NCBI GenBank assembly: GCA_043228905.1
Contig: JBHGNT010000008.1
Coordinates: forward strand, 12,772,001-12,836,000
Direction of reading: 5' to 3'
Source of the DNA: Azolla caroliniana
Taxonomy: Eukaryota > Plantae > Polypodiophyta
Length of the DNA: 64,000 nt
The notes under the pieces were generated by a model, which saw only the letters and a program-made list of their open reading frames with translations, was not told where the DNA came from and ran no database searches. Both the position numbers and the translations under genes were made by a program. Positions within the stretch are counted from its first letter, which is position 1. Every line of letters starts with the position of its first letter. Positions 10,292 through 22,167 of this stretch are shown piece after piece.

Positions 10292-11072
10292 GAGCCGCTC
10301 CTCCGGACAAGCCTTTGACCATGCCGATCAAAGTCGAGCCAGTCTTGAGCTAGTCTCGGGTCTCTTCCCTTCACGCCGATGGGGGTACCTCGACCTTCCT
10401 TGTCGCAATAGAACCCGCCCCCGTCAAGCCTTTATCGACCCACTCACACCGTTTGTCAAAACGGCCACATACTCTCTTTACCACGGCCCACTCGGTTGTT
10501 AGGCCGTCATTGGTCTCCAATAGGAAGCCCACTTGCTCCCGGTCCCTTGCGTCCACCGATTTAACGAACAATAGGACACGACTCGTGTCCAACATGGTCC
10601 GGTCCAGTGCCGAAAGTCGTGCGAAGCGTTCTTCAAACTCCCGAAGGAGCACCGACGCGTTTCTCCCCTTTTCAGGGGTCTCCACCTATTCCATGAAGTC
10701 CCGCTTCAACAGCCGAAGCGCGTCATCAAGCCCGTATTTTTCAAGGAGCCGACCTTCAAAATCTTCCCAGGTCTGACTCTCAGCCCGTACCTCAAGCACC
10801 TCCGCGTGGATGCCTGACATCGCCACCCGAGGGAATCCGGCCAGTCGCCTGTCCTCCGGGATGTCCCTCATCATCATTTCGGCTCGGTAGGCCTCCAAAT
10901 AGCTCGTGGCGTCCTTCCCACCGAACTGGCCTATCGTGCCAACGACCGCTTCAATAGCCCTATCGAGGGCGCCTATGCCTTCACGCGCACTCACTATCCG
11001 ATCCACAGCCGAAGCCCTGGCTTCTGCAAGATCCGACCCTCTCATCTTTCTATTCCTTTGCCACCTGTTCAC
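10292..11072 (-). pseudogene. Element A gag 5' part
   Basis: ORF pieces 10686-11072 and 10371-10685 are in the same frame, separated by a TAG; located directly after the PBS. Confidence 0.8.
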
Positions 11073-11085
11073 GTCGGTTTCACCA
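11068..11085 (-). promoter_or_regulatory. tRNA-Trp-type PBS of element A (TGGTGAAACCGACGTGAA)
   Basis: Adjacent to the 5' LTR; close to the complement of the eukaryotic tRNA-Trp 3' end as recalled (TTCACGTCGGGTTCACCA). Confidence 0.75.
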
Positions 11086-11089
11086 AATA

Positions 11090-11750
11090 TGTCGCGTTGT
11101 TACGCGTGTGCGTGGAGAACGAGGCGGAACCACCGGGGCCTCGGATTGAGAAATAACCGAATGAGGGGAGGGGAAGGAAACTAACGATGTAATTCACACG
11201 CGCACGGACCCACACAATCACAGGGATTGCAACTAGCTACAGAACGTGAGATGGAGACAGAATGAATGTTTATGTATATATAAATGAAGGTGTTACAACC
11301 GGCAAGCCGGCGAGTGATGGGCTCCAACGCCTGCGCGCACAGACACACACACACAGAACGCGAGATGGAGGCTCTGTCGGGAGCCCTCGGGCGTCCCGCG
11401 GAGCAAAGTCAGCCTCCCGAAACCTGCACAGAACGATTATGGAGACGACAGAGGAGAGGAGAAGTGCTCGGTTCCAGTCCGGCAGCACTTCGTCAACGCG
11501 ATATCTTTCCCTCACTTCTCCCTCTCTTTTATAACCCAAGGAGGGAGGTTGTTACCACTCGTTACATCATATTTATTCCCTGTCGGATACGCCTCGATTT
11601 CCTCCCTACCGAACGCGTACTACCTAGGATTTCGCCTCAGGCGACTTGTACCTACCTACGTACTATACAACAAAACTTGTGCCCACGTGTAAGGACCAGT
11701 TTACGCACGTTATACCCGATTTCCGCCTAGGGACGGTTTTCTCCACGACA
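11090..11750 (-). repeat. 5' LTR of element A (661 bp)
   Basis: TGTCG...CGACA termini; repeat of 1-177; flanked by the PBS. Confidence 0.9.
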
Positions 11751-14700
11751 CCGTATTTCTGTTTGAATCCTTTCGTAACAAGTTGAGCTTTGTACTTGGG
11801 TTTCTCTGAGTCGGATACATACTTGTATCGGAAAACCCATTGGCAAGATAGCGGCTTCCTTCTAGCCGGTAGTTCGACCAACTCCCCATGTCTGATTCTG
11901 ATGAATCGAGTCCATTTCAGATATCATGGCTTGTAGCCATCTTTTGGCGTCCGGTGCGGCCATAGCTTCTTCATATGCGCTTGGTTCGCTTGCATCCATG
12001 TAGTTGACGTAGTCGAGGCTAGGTTGATAGAACTTTGTTTGCCTTTGAGCTCGTCCAGATCTCCTGGGTGCCGAGATGTTTGGTTAGGATCCTTCGATCA
12101 GCTCTGTTGGTCGATCGGTATTAGTTCAACCATCTGTATCAGGAGTCTTGTTAGGTGTCCCACCCCAGATTGGGATTTTGACATTGTCGTCGACTCTTTT
12201 CTAAATTGTCTCTTGGTGGCTTTGCCTTTATCGATCCTTGTCGATTCGGTTGTGTCTTTCATGACTTTGTCTTTGAGTTCGACGATAGAAATTGTTGCCA
12301 ATTTGGTGTCGGCAGGGAAGTTGTCAACTTGTTGGAGTTCGACTGTTTGTCGAGTCTTTGATTCAGCCCAGTGGGTCGGTCCTTCTACAACAGTGTTGTC
12401 ATCTTCGAAGGACACCATCTTACCAACTATTTTCTATTGGTTCCACTGAGAGAAGATAGAGTCTTCATTGAAGACTACGTCGCTGCTCTGGATCAATTTC
12501 CGGTTCTCAGGGTCCCATAGCCAATATCCGAAGTCCCCATCGGTTCCATAACCGAGAAATATGCACTTTGTTGCATGGGGTGCTAGCTTTGTCCTTTTGT
12601 CCCTGGGGATAAATGCGTAGGCTTCGCATCCGAATATACGGAGCCTATCGTAGGTCGGTTGTTTGCCTGACCATAGTGTATGTGGCACTTCGAGCCTGAT
12701 TGCTCTTGATGGCGCCAGATTTATCAGGTACACTGCCGTCTGCAATGCCTCGGCCCAGAATTCTAGCTTCAGTCCGGCTTGTTGGAGCATTGCCGTCACC
12801 CTCTCTTGGATCGTTCGGTTGATCCGTTCAGCCACCCCATTCTGCATGGGTGTGTAAGGAACGGTCTTTGGTGTCGGATCCCTTTTCCAGGCAGGTACTG
12901 TTTGAAGGCTCTAGAGGTGTCTTCACTCTGTATCCCAACCTGCTCTCCACTTCAAATATCCATCGAGTGAAGACCTCGAGCACTTCATCTTTGGACTTGA
13001 TGGAGTATACCCAAACTTTCCGTGTACAGTCATCTACGAATGTGATGAAGTATCGGGAGCCTCCTAGTCATCGCTCTAGCATGGGCCCACATATGTCTAT
13101 GTGCACGAGCTCTAGGGGTTGTCGTACTGTCTTGTAGTGGAGAGAGTGCGGACTTTAGGTTTGTTTCCCGTATCGACAATGCTCGCAGAAGTCTGTCTTC
13201 GCTTGGAGTTTCGGGATGTAGCCAACCAACATCAGTCAATCAAGTCCGGCTTGAGACATGTGGCCAAGTCGACCATGCCATAAGTTCGGGTCGGTTTTCT
13301 CGGCTATGTTCACGGCCCCTTTAGGGTTGATTGCCATCAATGGGTATAGATTATTATACTTGTACCCATTATCGATTTTGAGGTTTCCTCAGCTGATCAC
13401 CCATGTCGACTCGTGTAGAGTCGTTTTGTACCCGTCTTCGGCTAACGTGTTGATGGAGACCAGACTCCTCCTCAGATCGGGTACGTGCCAAACTCGGTGC
13501 AGGGGTATTGTGTTGCCATTTGGCAATCTGATGGGAACCTCCCCGGTTCTGTCTATCTTGCATTGTTGCCTGTTTCCCAGTTGGACTGTGTTGTTGGCGT
13601 CGGCTGAATAGTTCGAGAACCATTCAATGTTGGGGTTCACGTGAAATGTGGCACCAGAGTCTAGTAGCCACATGTGTGCAACTTGTGCACTGTAGAGGAC
13701 TTCTCTGATCATTGAGTCCTCTAAGGAGAGGATTTCTCCGGATCAGGGGTCGGCAATGTTGATCTGGTTGTTGACTGGAGAGTGGTCCAATTCGAAACGT
13801 CCCCGATTTTGCTCGGATCTCCGACCACTCTCTTTTCTTTTTATTGACCAGCAGTCGGAAACATTGTGGCCAGCTTTCCTATAGTGTGTGCAGTACTCGC
13901 TTGATTGACCCGTTTTCAACTTCGACCGTTGTCGGTCTCCCCTCATTTCCGATCAGTTGTAGCATCGACCGGTTATGTCGGCTTGTTCTTTCGTTCGACT
14001 CCATTGGTTGAACGACTCGGTCGAGTGATGGGCTTCTGCCGACTCATCGATGGTTAGTCCCATCGATTTTCACTGAATGTCCTCTATGAGAACTTGGCCG
14101 ATTAATTCATCCAGATTCAGGATCGGTCGGATACTAGCGTATGTCGTGTAGAATACTTCCCAACTTGTTGGCAAGCTCGATAGGAGGGCAAGGACTTTCA
14201 CTTCTTCTTCAAAGTTGATCCCTTGTGATGAGAGCTCTGAAAACAACCGGTTGAAGGTGTTGATGTGGGAGGTTCTTGGATCAGTCTCTCTTTCATCTTC
14301 ATATTGAACAATTGTTTGATCAAAATCAATTTCAAAGATGAGGAGTTCTTTTCATAAACGGCTTGTAGCTGCTCCCACAATGAGAACACTGTAACTGTCT
14401 CTTTCACATGCTGAAATAGACGTTTTCGGCCAGATACATTCGGATAGTGGAGCGAGCGATTTCGTCTGTTGATCTCCACTCCTCGGTTGTCATTGAAGCG
14501 GGTTTTTCGTTGTGCCGAATGGCTTCGACCTGTCTTCGAATGATCAACACATCCTGCATCATCTCCTTCCACAAGGCAAAGTTTTTGCTGTTGAATTTTC
14601 TTATTTCAACTCCTGTTCCGGATGTTGAAGCCATATTCTTTTTGTGAATTTGAGATTTCTGACCCGGTCTTTTCTTTTAGCTTCTTTTGTTGTCTGTTGC

Positions 14701-15035
14701 CGTCGAACAGTAAAGGCTCGCTTTGATAGCAGTTGTTGACAACGAGTGCGTTTTGCGGAAACGTGTATGGATCTGTTTGTGATTAGGAACAACAAACAAT
14801 GCAGACAGAAAATAGAATAGGCAGAGACCTACACATAGTCAGCTTTAATGGAAAGCTTTATTCCTTCGTTCTCATAGAGATACAATACACAGAACAGTCA
14901 ATCAGTTCTACGTCTCTCTTTCTCTTGTCACTCTATAGAATGTTAGGTATTCGCTTATATACTAAGCCCTAACTTATTGACGAGTTCACACTCGGACGGA
15001 TACAACTTGGAAGGAGTCGGCCTTTTATGCTAACA
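11751..15035 (-). mobile_element. Copia element C (Tnt1/Tork-like), 5' part, degenerate; RT interrupted by element A
   Basis: Gag KFNSKNFALWK; protease WLLDSGATFHV; integrase QNGVAERINRT, LRIFGC, KCIFLGY; RT start KYKAQLVTKGF; degenerate Met PBS 14720-14731; LTR 14734-15035 (TGTT...AACA). Confidence 0.88.
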
Positions 15036-15169
15036 AACATGTATCGGCTAATTAGCGGTTGGTAATGCTATCTAGCTCCGACTATCACTTTAGCTAACTG
15101 GAATAAACTTTAGCTAATTAGCTACTAGTTCACCATGTGTTTTGTCTATTTTACTATGGTCTTACATAA

Positions 15170-15425
15170 GTAGCTACTACTCTACTACAATCATAGCTAT
15201 TTAGCAACCACTCTTCCACAACCTTAACTAAATAGCTAGCACTCTTCCACAACCTCGACTAATTAGCTACCACTCTTGGATAGCTTTAACTAATTAGCTA
15301 CCACTCTTCTACAACCTTAGCTAATTAGCTACCAATCTTCCACAACCTTTAAAGTTATTTAGCTACCACTCTTCCACACCCTTAGCTATTTAGCTACCAA
15401 TCTTCCACAACTTTAGTTAATTACC
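15170..15425. repeat. ~31-bp degenerate tandem repeat (CTAATTAGCTACCACTCTTCCACAACCTTAA-like), about 8 copies
   Basis: Visible periodicity. Confidence 0.8.
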
Positions 15426-15936
15426 TCCTTAACCTATATTATACTACAGACTTTGTTATTTAGCGATTAGGGGGTTCCATCTAAGCTAAATATCCACAAC
15501 TATACTATGAACTTAGCACCATAGCTAATTACCTACTACCACAACTTATACTTTCATTATGGAGTACCAAAACTTACCTATCTATTTCGCCCACTCTTCA
15601 AGGAGAGTTGTGGAGCAATCCCCCAAACACATTGATGAAGTATGACAAGAGAATGTAAATTAGGTTGAGTGATATGTATGTATGGTAGCAGTTGTGTCCA
15701 CAATGGCTAGCTCGCATACAATGCATGTGGATTGAACAATCAATGTACTCTACCTTCCAACTACTACTTTTGCTAAGGGAACAGAAATGGTAATGTTGTA
15801 TTCCTATCTTTTTAAGGCAACACGTACGAGTTGTTCTTGATTTTGGTAACATTCCTAGAATGAAGAAGAAAATTTTATTGGTTTATCTTGAAACTTACTA
15901 GAAATGAACACATTGAAACCATTATAATAATCTTAC

Positions 15937-16401
15937 CTAGAGGTCCAGAACATCGTTGTTTGCAACATGTTTAAGCCCTAGACGATCTAGGTTCATTGTG
16001 AGAACCTGGATATCAAACTCTAGTTGGGTCTTATGCTCGAGATCCAGGGGCTTGTTCCTTTCAAGCCTATGATGATTGTTGAGAGATCAAGCTGAGAGTT
16101 AGTTTAGTTATTTAGTCAACCGTGTACTTCGTAGTTACCTAGATAGAATCTAGTTAGGAGTGTTGACTATAACACCTTAAATAGGACCTTGTACTTAAGT
16201 GGGATATTCTAGATCCTCCACTCTTAAGTACATTTAATATACGACTTACACCTTAGTACCTATATTCTACTCACATGTGCACTTTTGCACATGAGATGTA
16301 TATATACATCATTGTGGGTATTTTTGTATTTTTGTTGATGATAATGTTAATTTAATATAGAGTTAATCATCCCCCATCTTGTGTTGTTCATAAGTGTTAA
16401 C

Positions 16402-16477
<76 letters not shown>

Positions 16478-17268
16478 TCTCACACACATACACACACATA
16501 TCACTTAATCTTCCGCTTAACTTAATGATATAATTAGGTACTAATTAACCCGTAGTTAATCACGTAATTCTTAACAATGACCAATATCAATCTTGCTTCG
16601 TATTGTTGTGACTACCATGCTGACCTTACTTTCCATGGCAGCAACCAATGCTGCTTTCTCTAGCTCATCCTTTGTTGCTTCCAACATCTCACTATCTTCA
16701 TCAACATTTTTCGTCATTGATTGAAGCAATGTCTCCCTTGCATCATTGACATTGGGTTTGTTGTTATGTCGGTGTGGTTCTTCCTTCAGTATTTGTTGAG
16801 AATCGGCATCTACATCATCAACTACCATGTTCCAGAATCTTGTCATCTTTTGTTGCAAGTTGCCCATCTTGCGACAACGCTCTATGGCGCCTCGCCTACA
16901 AAGTGCCCATGCTACCCTACACAACTCTTGGTTAGTCACTTCCTTTGCATATGTACAATTCTCATAATGTGAGGGCTCTAGCTAAGGCAGCTAACAACTA
17001 GTTGTTGATAGGTATTTCTTGATGCACTTTTTGGTAAAACATTATGTACTCCTCATAAAGCTCATGACGTACATATTTGATCTTTAGCTTCCCTTTAACT
17101 CTGGTTACTTTGTAGACTTACAAACCATGTACGTTAGTAATCATCTTGTCTATTAGCACCGCATGGTCAATACCTTCAAGTGATAGACCATATACATTAT
17201 TGAAATCCTCCTATGTGTCACATAACTTCTGAAAGTTGAACACCCAAGGATAAGGAGGAACTAGCCAC
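15937..17268 (-). pseudogene. Decayed coding exon of unknown protein, split by a solo LTR
   Basis: Removing 16077-16576 plus one TSD joins ...KIDIGH to HRLERNKPLDLEHK...VLDL in frame, ending TAG|GTAAG; acceptor TTTAG near 17270. Confidence 0.55.
16077..16576 (+). mobile_element. Solo LTR (500 bp) containing a (CT)n tract
   Basis: TGTTGAGA...TCTTAACA termini; TSD ATGAT/ATGAC; start resembles the Copia D/F/G LTRs. Confidence 0.8.
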
Positions 17269-17344
17269 CTAAATTCAAACATCATTACATGTTAATTAAG
17301 CTAGACATGTGTAACACATCTACATATTCCCGCAACTTGATTCC

Positions 17345-17750
17345 AACCCTAATAACATAATTTTCAAGATCTAATTCTAATCAAAGTTTTATTGCTTCTG
17401 TGTGGGTTAACAATGGCCATAAACATGTTGACATGTAAGACAACCACCAATTAATCACTAGGCACTCTTTCTTATTTTAAACAAATTGATAATGTGGTCT
17501 CCCTAGTATAATTAATATAGTTTTTGTGTTAAACTACTCCACTAATTGAACCCTAGTAACATAATTTTCGAAATGAACCCTAATAACATCATTTCCAGAA
17601 TCTAATTCAAATAAGAGTTGTATTGCTTCTATGTGGGGTAGCCAAATAAACCCTGATAACATAATTAATTTTTCAAAATCTAGTTCTCATCAAAGTTGTA
17701 TTGCTTCTATGCAGGGTAACCAAACAAACCTTGATAACATAATTTCTAGA
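17345..17750. repeat. ~75-bp degenerate repeat (AACCCTAATAACATAATTTT...TATTGCTTCT)
   Basis: 3-5 full or partial copies visible. Confidence 0.7.
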
Positions 17751-17881
17751 ATTTGATGAAAACTTACTTGTTAGATTAAGATTTTCGCAACATCCTCGTC
17801 TACAACTCTAATGGCTTTGCCTTAAAAACCATAACCATATAAAACCTGTTATACATTATTTTTAAAAGGAAAAAAAATTTG

Positions 17882-17883
<2 letters not shown>

Positions 17884-17938
<55 letters not shown>
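17884..17938. repeat. (TA)n microsatellite
   Basis: Direct reading. Confidence 0.95.
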
Positions 17939-17941
<3 letters not shown>

Positions 17942-18349
17942 TATATAGTTTTTAATTGAGACATACCTCGATGAAGAGGGAATTGATTGGGTGTTGGTGG
18001 TAGTATGGCAGTTTGTTGATTTCTGTGTTTTCCATTTGGTGCGAGAGCTCTGTTTACATTCGCGCTCATACTGTTCCATCTGTTTGAATGTTGGTGCAAA
18101 ATTCAAAATGATAAGGAGTATGGTGACATTATAGGCAATAACATGTGTGCACACTATGTTTGTGTCCAAATTCAAAATTGTGGGTATTCCCATATTTCCA
18201 CCCCCATAATAACTTATATGTATCTTTAAGATTTGCCCACTAGATATTAGATAAAACAATAGCTAATTAGCTATAGCCTTTTTAGCTACATGTTAGCTAT
18301 AATAGTGTTTCCATTCCCATGCTTTCACCCATTGACAAGTCTTAGACTA

Positions 18350-20450
18350 AAAGAGTTCAAACATCATAAGTCTTAACATGTTTCCCCTTTAGAATTCTTT
18401 AGCACGTGCATGTGCTTTCTCTTGTGTTTGGAGAAATTATTGAGTAACTTCCCCTTATTCTTCTTTCTTTGAATAATTTATATGTACTCGTGTAAATACT
18501 TGTGATAACTTTCCTTATCCTTGACTTGACATCCAAACTCATAAGACACTTTCGAGCTTCATGCCATTCCCTCGCAAATCAATTTTTCTTTGCACTTCAA
18601 TTCTTGATTCCTTTACGAGGTATGTGCTTGGTTGAAAAGAAATTATTTTTACATGAAAAAATAGCTTTCTTGAAAGCTTCCCATTTACATTCTAATGTGG
18701 CATCAAGTTATATTTTTGTTATTTGTAATATCTTCTCAACCATCTTTGAATATATGGGCACCTGTTTAAGATGTATGCTTAAATATAGTTGTTTGGTACC
18801 TTCAATGGTTTTCTCACACTTAGACCTTTTCGTAAATTTAAGGTCAATGCATAAAGTCCGATAATCGGATTTTGGTACCCATTCACCAAGTGAGAATTTG
18901 TGTATGAGATCCAAGATACCTTCTCAAAGTAGCACATTGTCAATTACATTATTTCCATTGTGTTTTCAACATATAAAATCATTAGTGTTGGCCCATCAAA
19001 ATACACCATTTGTGTAAGAATTTTGATACTATTGTACATTTGTAGGAGTAACTTCCCAATTGACTCGAATCTTTACATCAATAGAAAAGTGATTATATCC
19101 TCTTGCATCCTTGAGATGTGTGGCATGAAAGATTGTTGTGCATCGAGTTTCAAACTTTTTGTACGAGCATTCATGTCACCACAAACAATAACATCCCCAT
19201 AACTTTGAAATAAGTTATACATCTTCTAGATTGGCAAAGATTTAGTTTTTATCCAAACATGCATAGAAACTAGAATCTTGATGAGGAACATAGTACAAAA
19301 GTGGGCATATCATTTGGTGTTTCTATTTTAAGTCATACGTAACATTTATGTCATCATTTTTTATGATCAACATATATTTCTCTAATTCCCTCCCTCTTAC
19401 TCAAACATGTCACACCTCCTTGTCCTCTTCATTGTCTTGTATTTTTCAACCATATCAAGGAGTGTAATTTGTAGTTGTCAAAGCCTTGAATCCTTTGAGT
19501 ATCATGCTCCCAAGTTTCGGAAGAAGTATGATATCCAATTCACTAATAAACCCTTTTATGTCCAATCCCACATTCTATGGGTATTCCTTGCAATTGCAAA
19601 AATATAGATGTAGAATATGTGAATTGGTTCCATAGACCACATGTCTCTATTTGCTTATCTTTTCGTCTTTGGGAAAATCTTTAACCTTTTTTCTTCAATT
19701 TTTCTTCATATGCTTTACAATAGGCACTTTGTTGTGAGATAGTATGGTCCTCACTCACAAGGCAACTATTTAAGTATAATTCTTCTCGTTGTATCGTCGT
19801 CCATTGTGCATACAATAGACCTTTCTTTGGAACATCATGTCTCCCAACACAATATGCCCCGTACACATTCACACCTAACATACGATAATGCATACTAAAG
19901 AAATCATTGACGATCTTTTCGAGGATTGCGAGTGTTTCTATACTCTCCTTGTTATCCCTCATATGAGAATATTATTTGGCCTCCATTCACATTCTTTCAA
20001 TTCTTGGACAATATTTGTCCAAATTCTTTTCTTAATTAATCACATGCATAATAGGTGAGTTAGAGACTACACACTCATTACATACATCAGCCCATGACTT
20101 TGTTGTGTATACATTTTTCATTTCACTATCCTACCTCATTGTGTCCACTCATTTTTGCTTCAATGCTTCTTTTAGTTTGATCTTGTTTAAATGCTCATTT
20201 GTTTTTAATGAATCTTTCTTAAATTTTCCAATCTTGTCTTCAAATTTTGCTACCGTTTCCTTGAAACTCTCATTCACAATAACAACATTTGTAGTTTTGC
20301 ATTATCTTTCATGAGTGCCCTAGTCTCTTCACCTTGTTTGTTTATGGTTTCTTAAAGACAAATCAAATGGCTCATAAGTATTGTCTCCATTGTGACTGAG
20401 ATTATTGCATTAATATCAAGAACCTTTGATGATCTTGCCTCATTATCAAT
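18350..20450 (-). mobile_element. Old LINE remnant: ORF1-like coiled coil and APE endonuclease fragments, no RT seen
   Basis: Minus-strand motifs SETWEH, RGQGGV, VIVCGDMNART (~19160-19200), SDYR. Confidence 0.65.
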
Positions 20451-20499
20451 CTTAATCTCGAGCTTCGTTGCTCCCTTGTGGTGTATTTGCCCTTGCAAA

Positions 20500-21200
20500 A
20501 CCAAAGCCTACAAGAATTGTGCTTCTAAAATCTTTATGGCTTAAGTTTATTACATAACTTATTTTCTTAGATCATATCATAAATCTTGTTGTGAGCTTCA
20601 AATCAAGTCATTGCTTGTCAAAATTGAACCTCATATATACAACCAAAGCCTACAAATATTGTGCTTTTGAAATCTTTATGGCTTAAGTTTATTACAAAAC
20701 TTATTTTCTTAGATCGTGTCATAGATCTTGTGAGCTTCGAATCAAGTCATAGCTTGTCAAAATTGAATCTCGTATGACCAAGTTATGGCTACAACAAACT
20801 TGGAGAATAACATGAGAGAGAGAGAGAGAGAGATTCTATTATTATCTTCAAAGGTCAAATATAACTTATAAGACCAAAAATAACACATTTCATGTAATAC
20901 ATGTGAAAGTGAGTAGCGACTCTTGACATTCAAGATTTACCAATGAACGTTGAAATTGAGAGCACAAATTGTGGTAATGATAGAAATTCGTGCAAGGTTT
21001 GGGTTTAGTAAAAGATGCGGAGAAAGCAAAGATTCTATTATTGTGTCATCAAAGGCCAAATATGACCTATGAGACCAAAAATATTACATTTCACGTAATA
21101 CATGAAAGTCTCAATGTTTAAGAACTTTACCGATGAACATTACAATTGAGAGGGCAAATAATGATTTTGAGAGAAATTCATGCAGGTTTGGTCGAAGATA
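20500..21200. repeat. Two local tandem duplications (~142 bp at 20501/20643; ~200 bp at 20831/21030)
   Basis: Recognisable diverged direct repeats. Confidence 0.75.
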
Positions 21201-21253
21201 TATGGAAAACATAGTCAAATATGATCAAAGGCAAAGCATTGTATCAAAGAGTG

Positions 21254-21291
<38 letters not shown>

Positions 21292-22167
21292 ATCAATATT
21301 TTGTGTTATATTGGCAAGAACATTTTACTTTCAAAATCAACTTTCATAAAGAAATATCTGCAACACACTTGCATACATATGTGCAACATACACTTTGTTT
21401 TACAAGATATGCATGCACTAGAGTAATGCAATCCTATGAGAAGAAACATGTATTATAAGTTTACCTAAACAAGAATCAATTAGGCATGGATGACTAATCA
21501 CATAACATCATTATGCAATATTATGCTAAACCTTCCATGCACTGCTTTAAAATTGCTATGACTAAATAAAGCAATGAATGTTAGAAACTATCTCATTTTT
21601 AACAATACTATGACAAATAAGCTAAATGCTCGATAGGAAAGAAAATGCCCTTTCAAGTTATAACACGGAATAGTTTTTAAATGTATCCCAATGACCAACA
21701 AACACTAGCTCAAACAAATGAAGAAACTCTACTGTCATTTCGAAAAAATGGATATGCCGCATTCGCAATGTGAACATAGCATCAACATCATCCACCCATG
21801 AATGCATAAGATAATCCTCACTAATTGATACATACGCGGGTTTTTTAAGATCATATCATTAAAACTAATTACTTGAAATTTCCTATTGACATCTCCGAAA
21901 CGTTTGTCAAGATAGAAAATACCCGTCAACCACATCACTGGGTCAAAAACATATCCCAATAACAAATAAATGCTTGGCAGGGCAGCAAGGAATATTTTCA
22001 CCAATCAATATTGGGTATCACTTCTTTTCAAAGGCTTCGATGTCTCTATCCACAGTTCTGCAATGTACCACTACCATCCATTCATACGCATAGAGCTCGC
22101 CACAAACATTGAGCCCAACATGTCGACAAGGTTACAAAATTTCAAAGTTGACCCCACCCATAACCAT

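Larger units (their letters stand above)
1..11750 (-). mobile_element. Gypsy LTR retrotransposon A (non-chromovirus, fungal-like RT), degenerate, interrupted by element B; 3' LTR runs off the window start
   Basis: 1-177 repeats the end of 11090-11750 (both end ...CTCCACGACA); LTR has TGTCG...CGACA termini; PBS and PPT present; gag-PR-RT-RH-INT order on the minus strand. Confidence 0.92.
15036..18307 (-). mobile_element. Probable CACTA DNA transposon (right part) carrying a decayed multi-exon ORF
   Basis: Ends in TAGTG (reverse complement of CACTA) at 18303-18307; the AGCTAATTAGCTA motif next to that end also makes up the repeats at 15040-15560; left TIR is not in the window. Confidence 0.5.

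Noticed and set aside
15170-15425. 31-bp array as CRISPR
   Set aside because: No spacers; better explained as transposon subterminal or tandem repeats
17800-18259. ORFs with YIYIYI (similarly ERERER at 4657 and 9969, poly-F/L/E at 27613-27952)
   Set aside because: Artefacts of microsatellites
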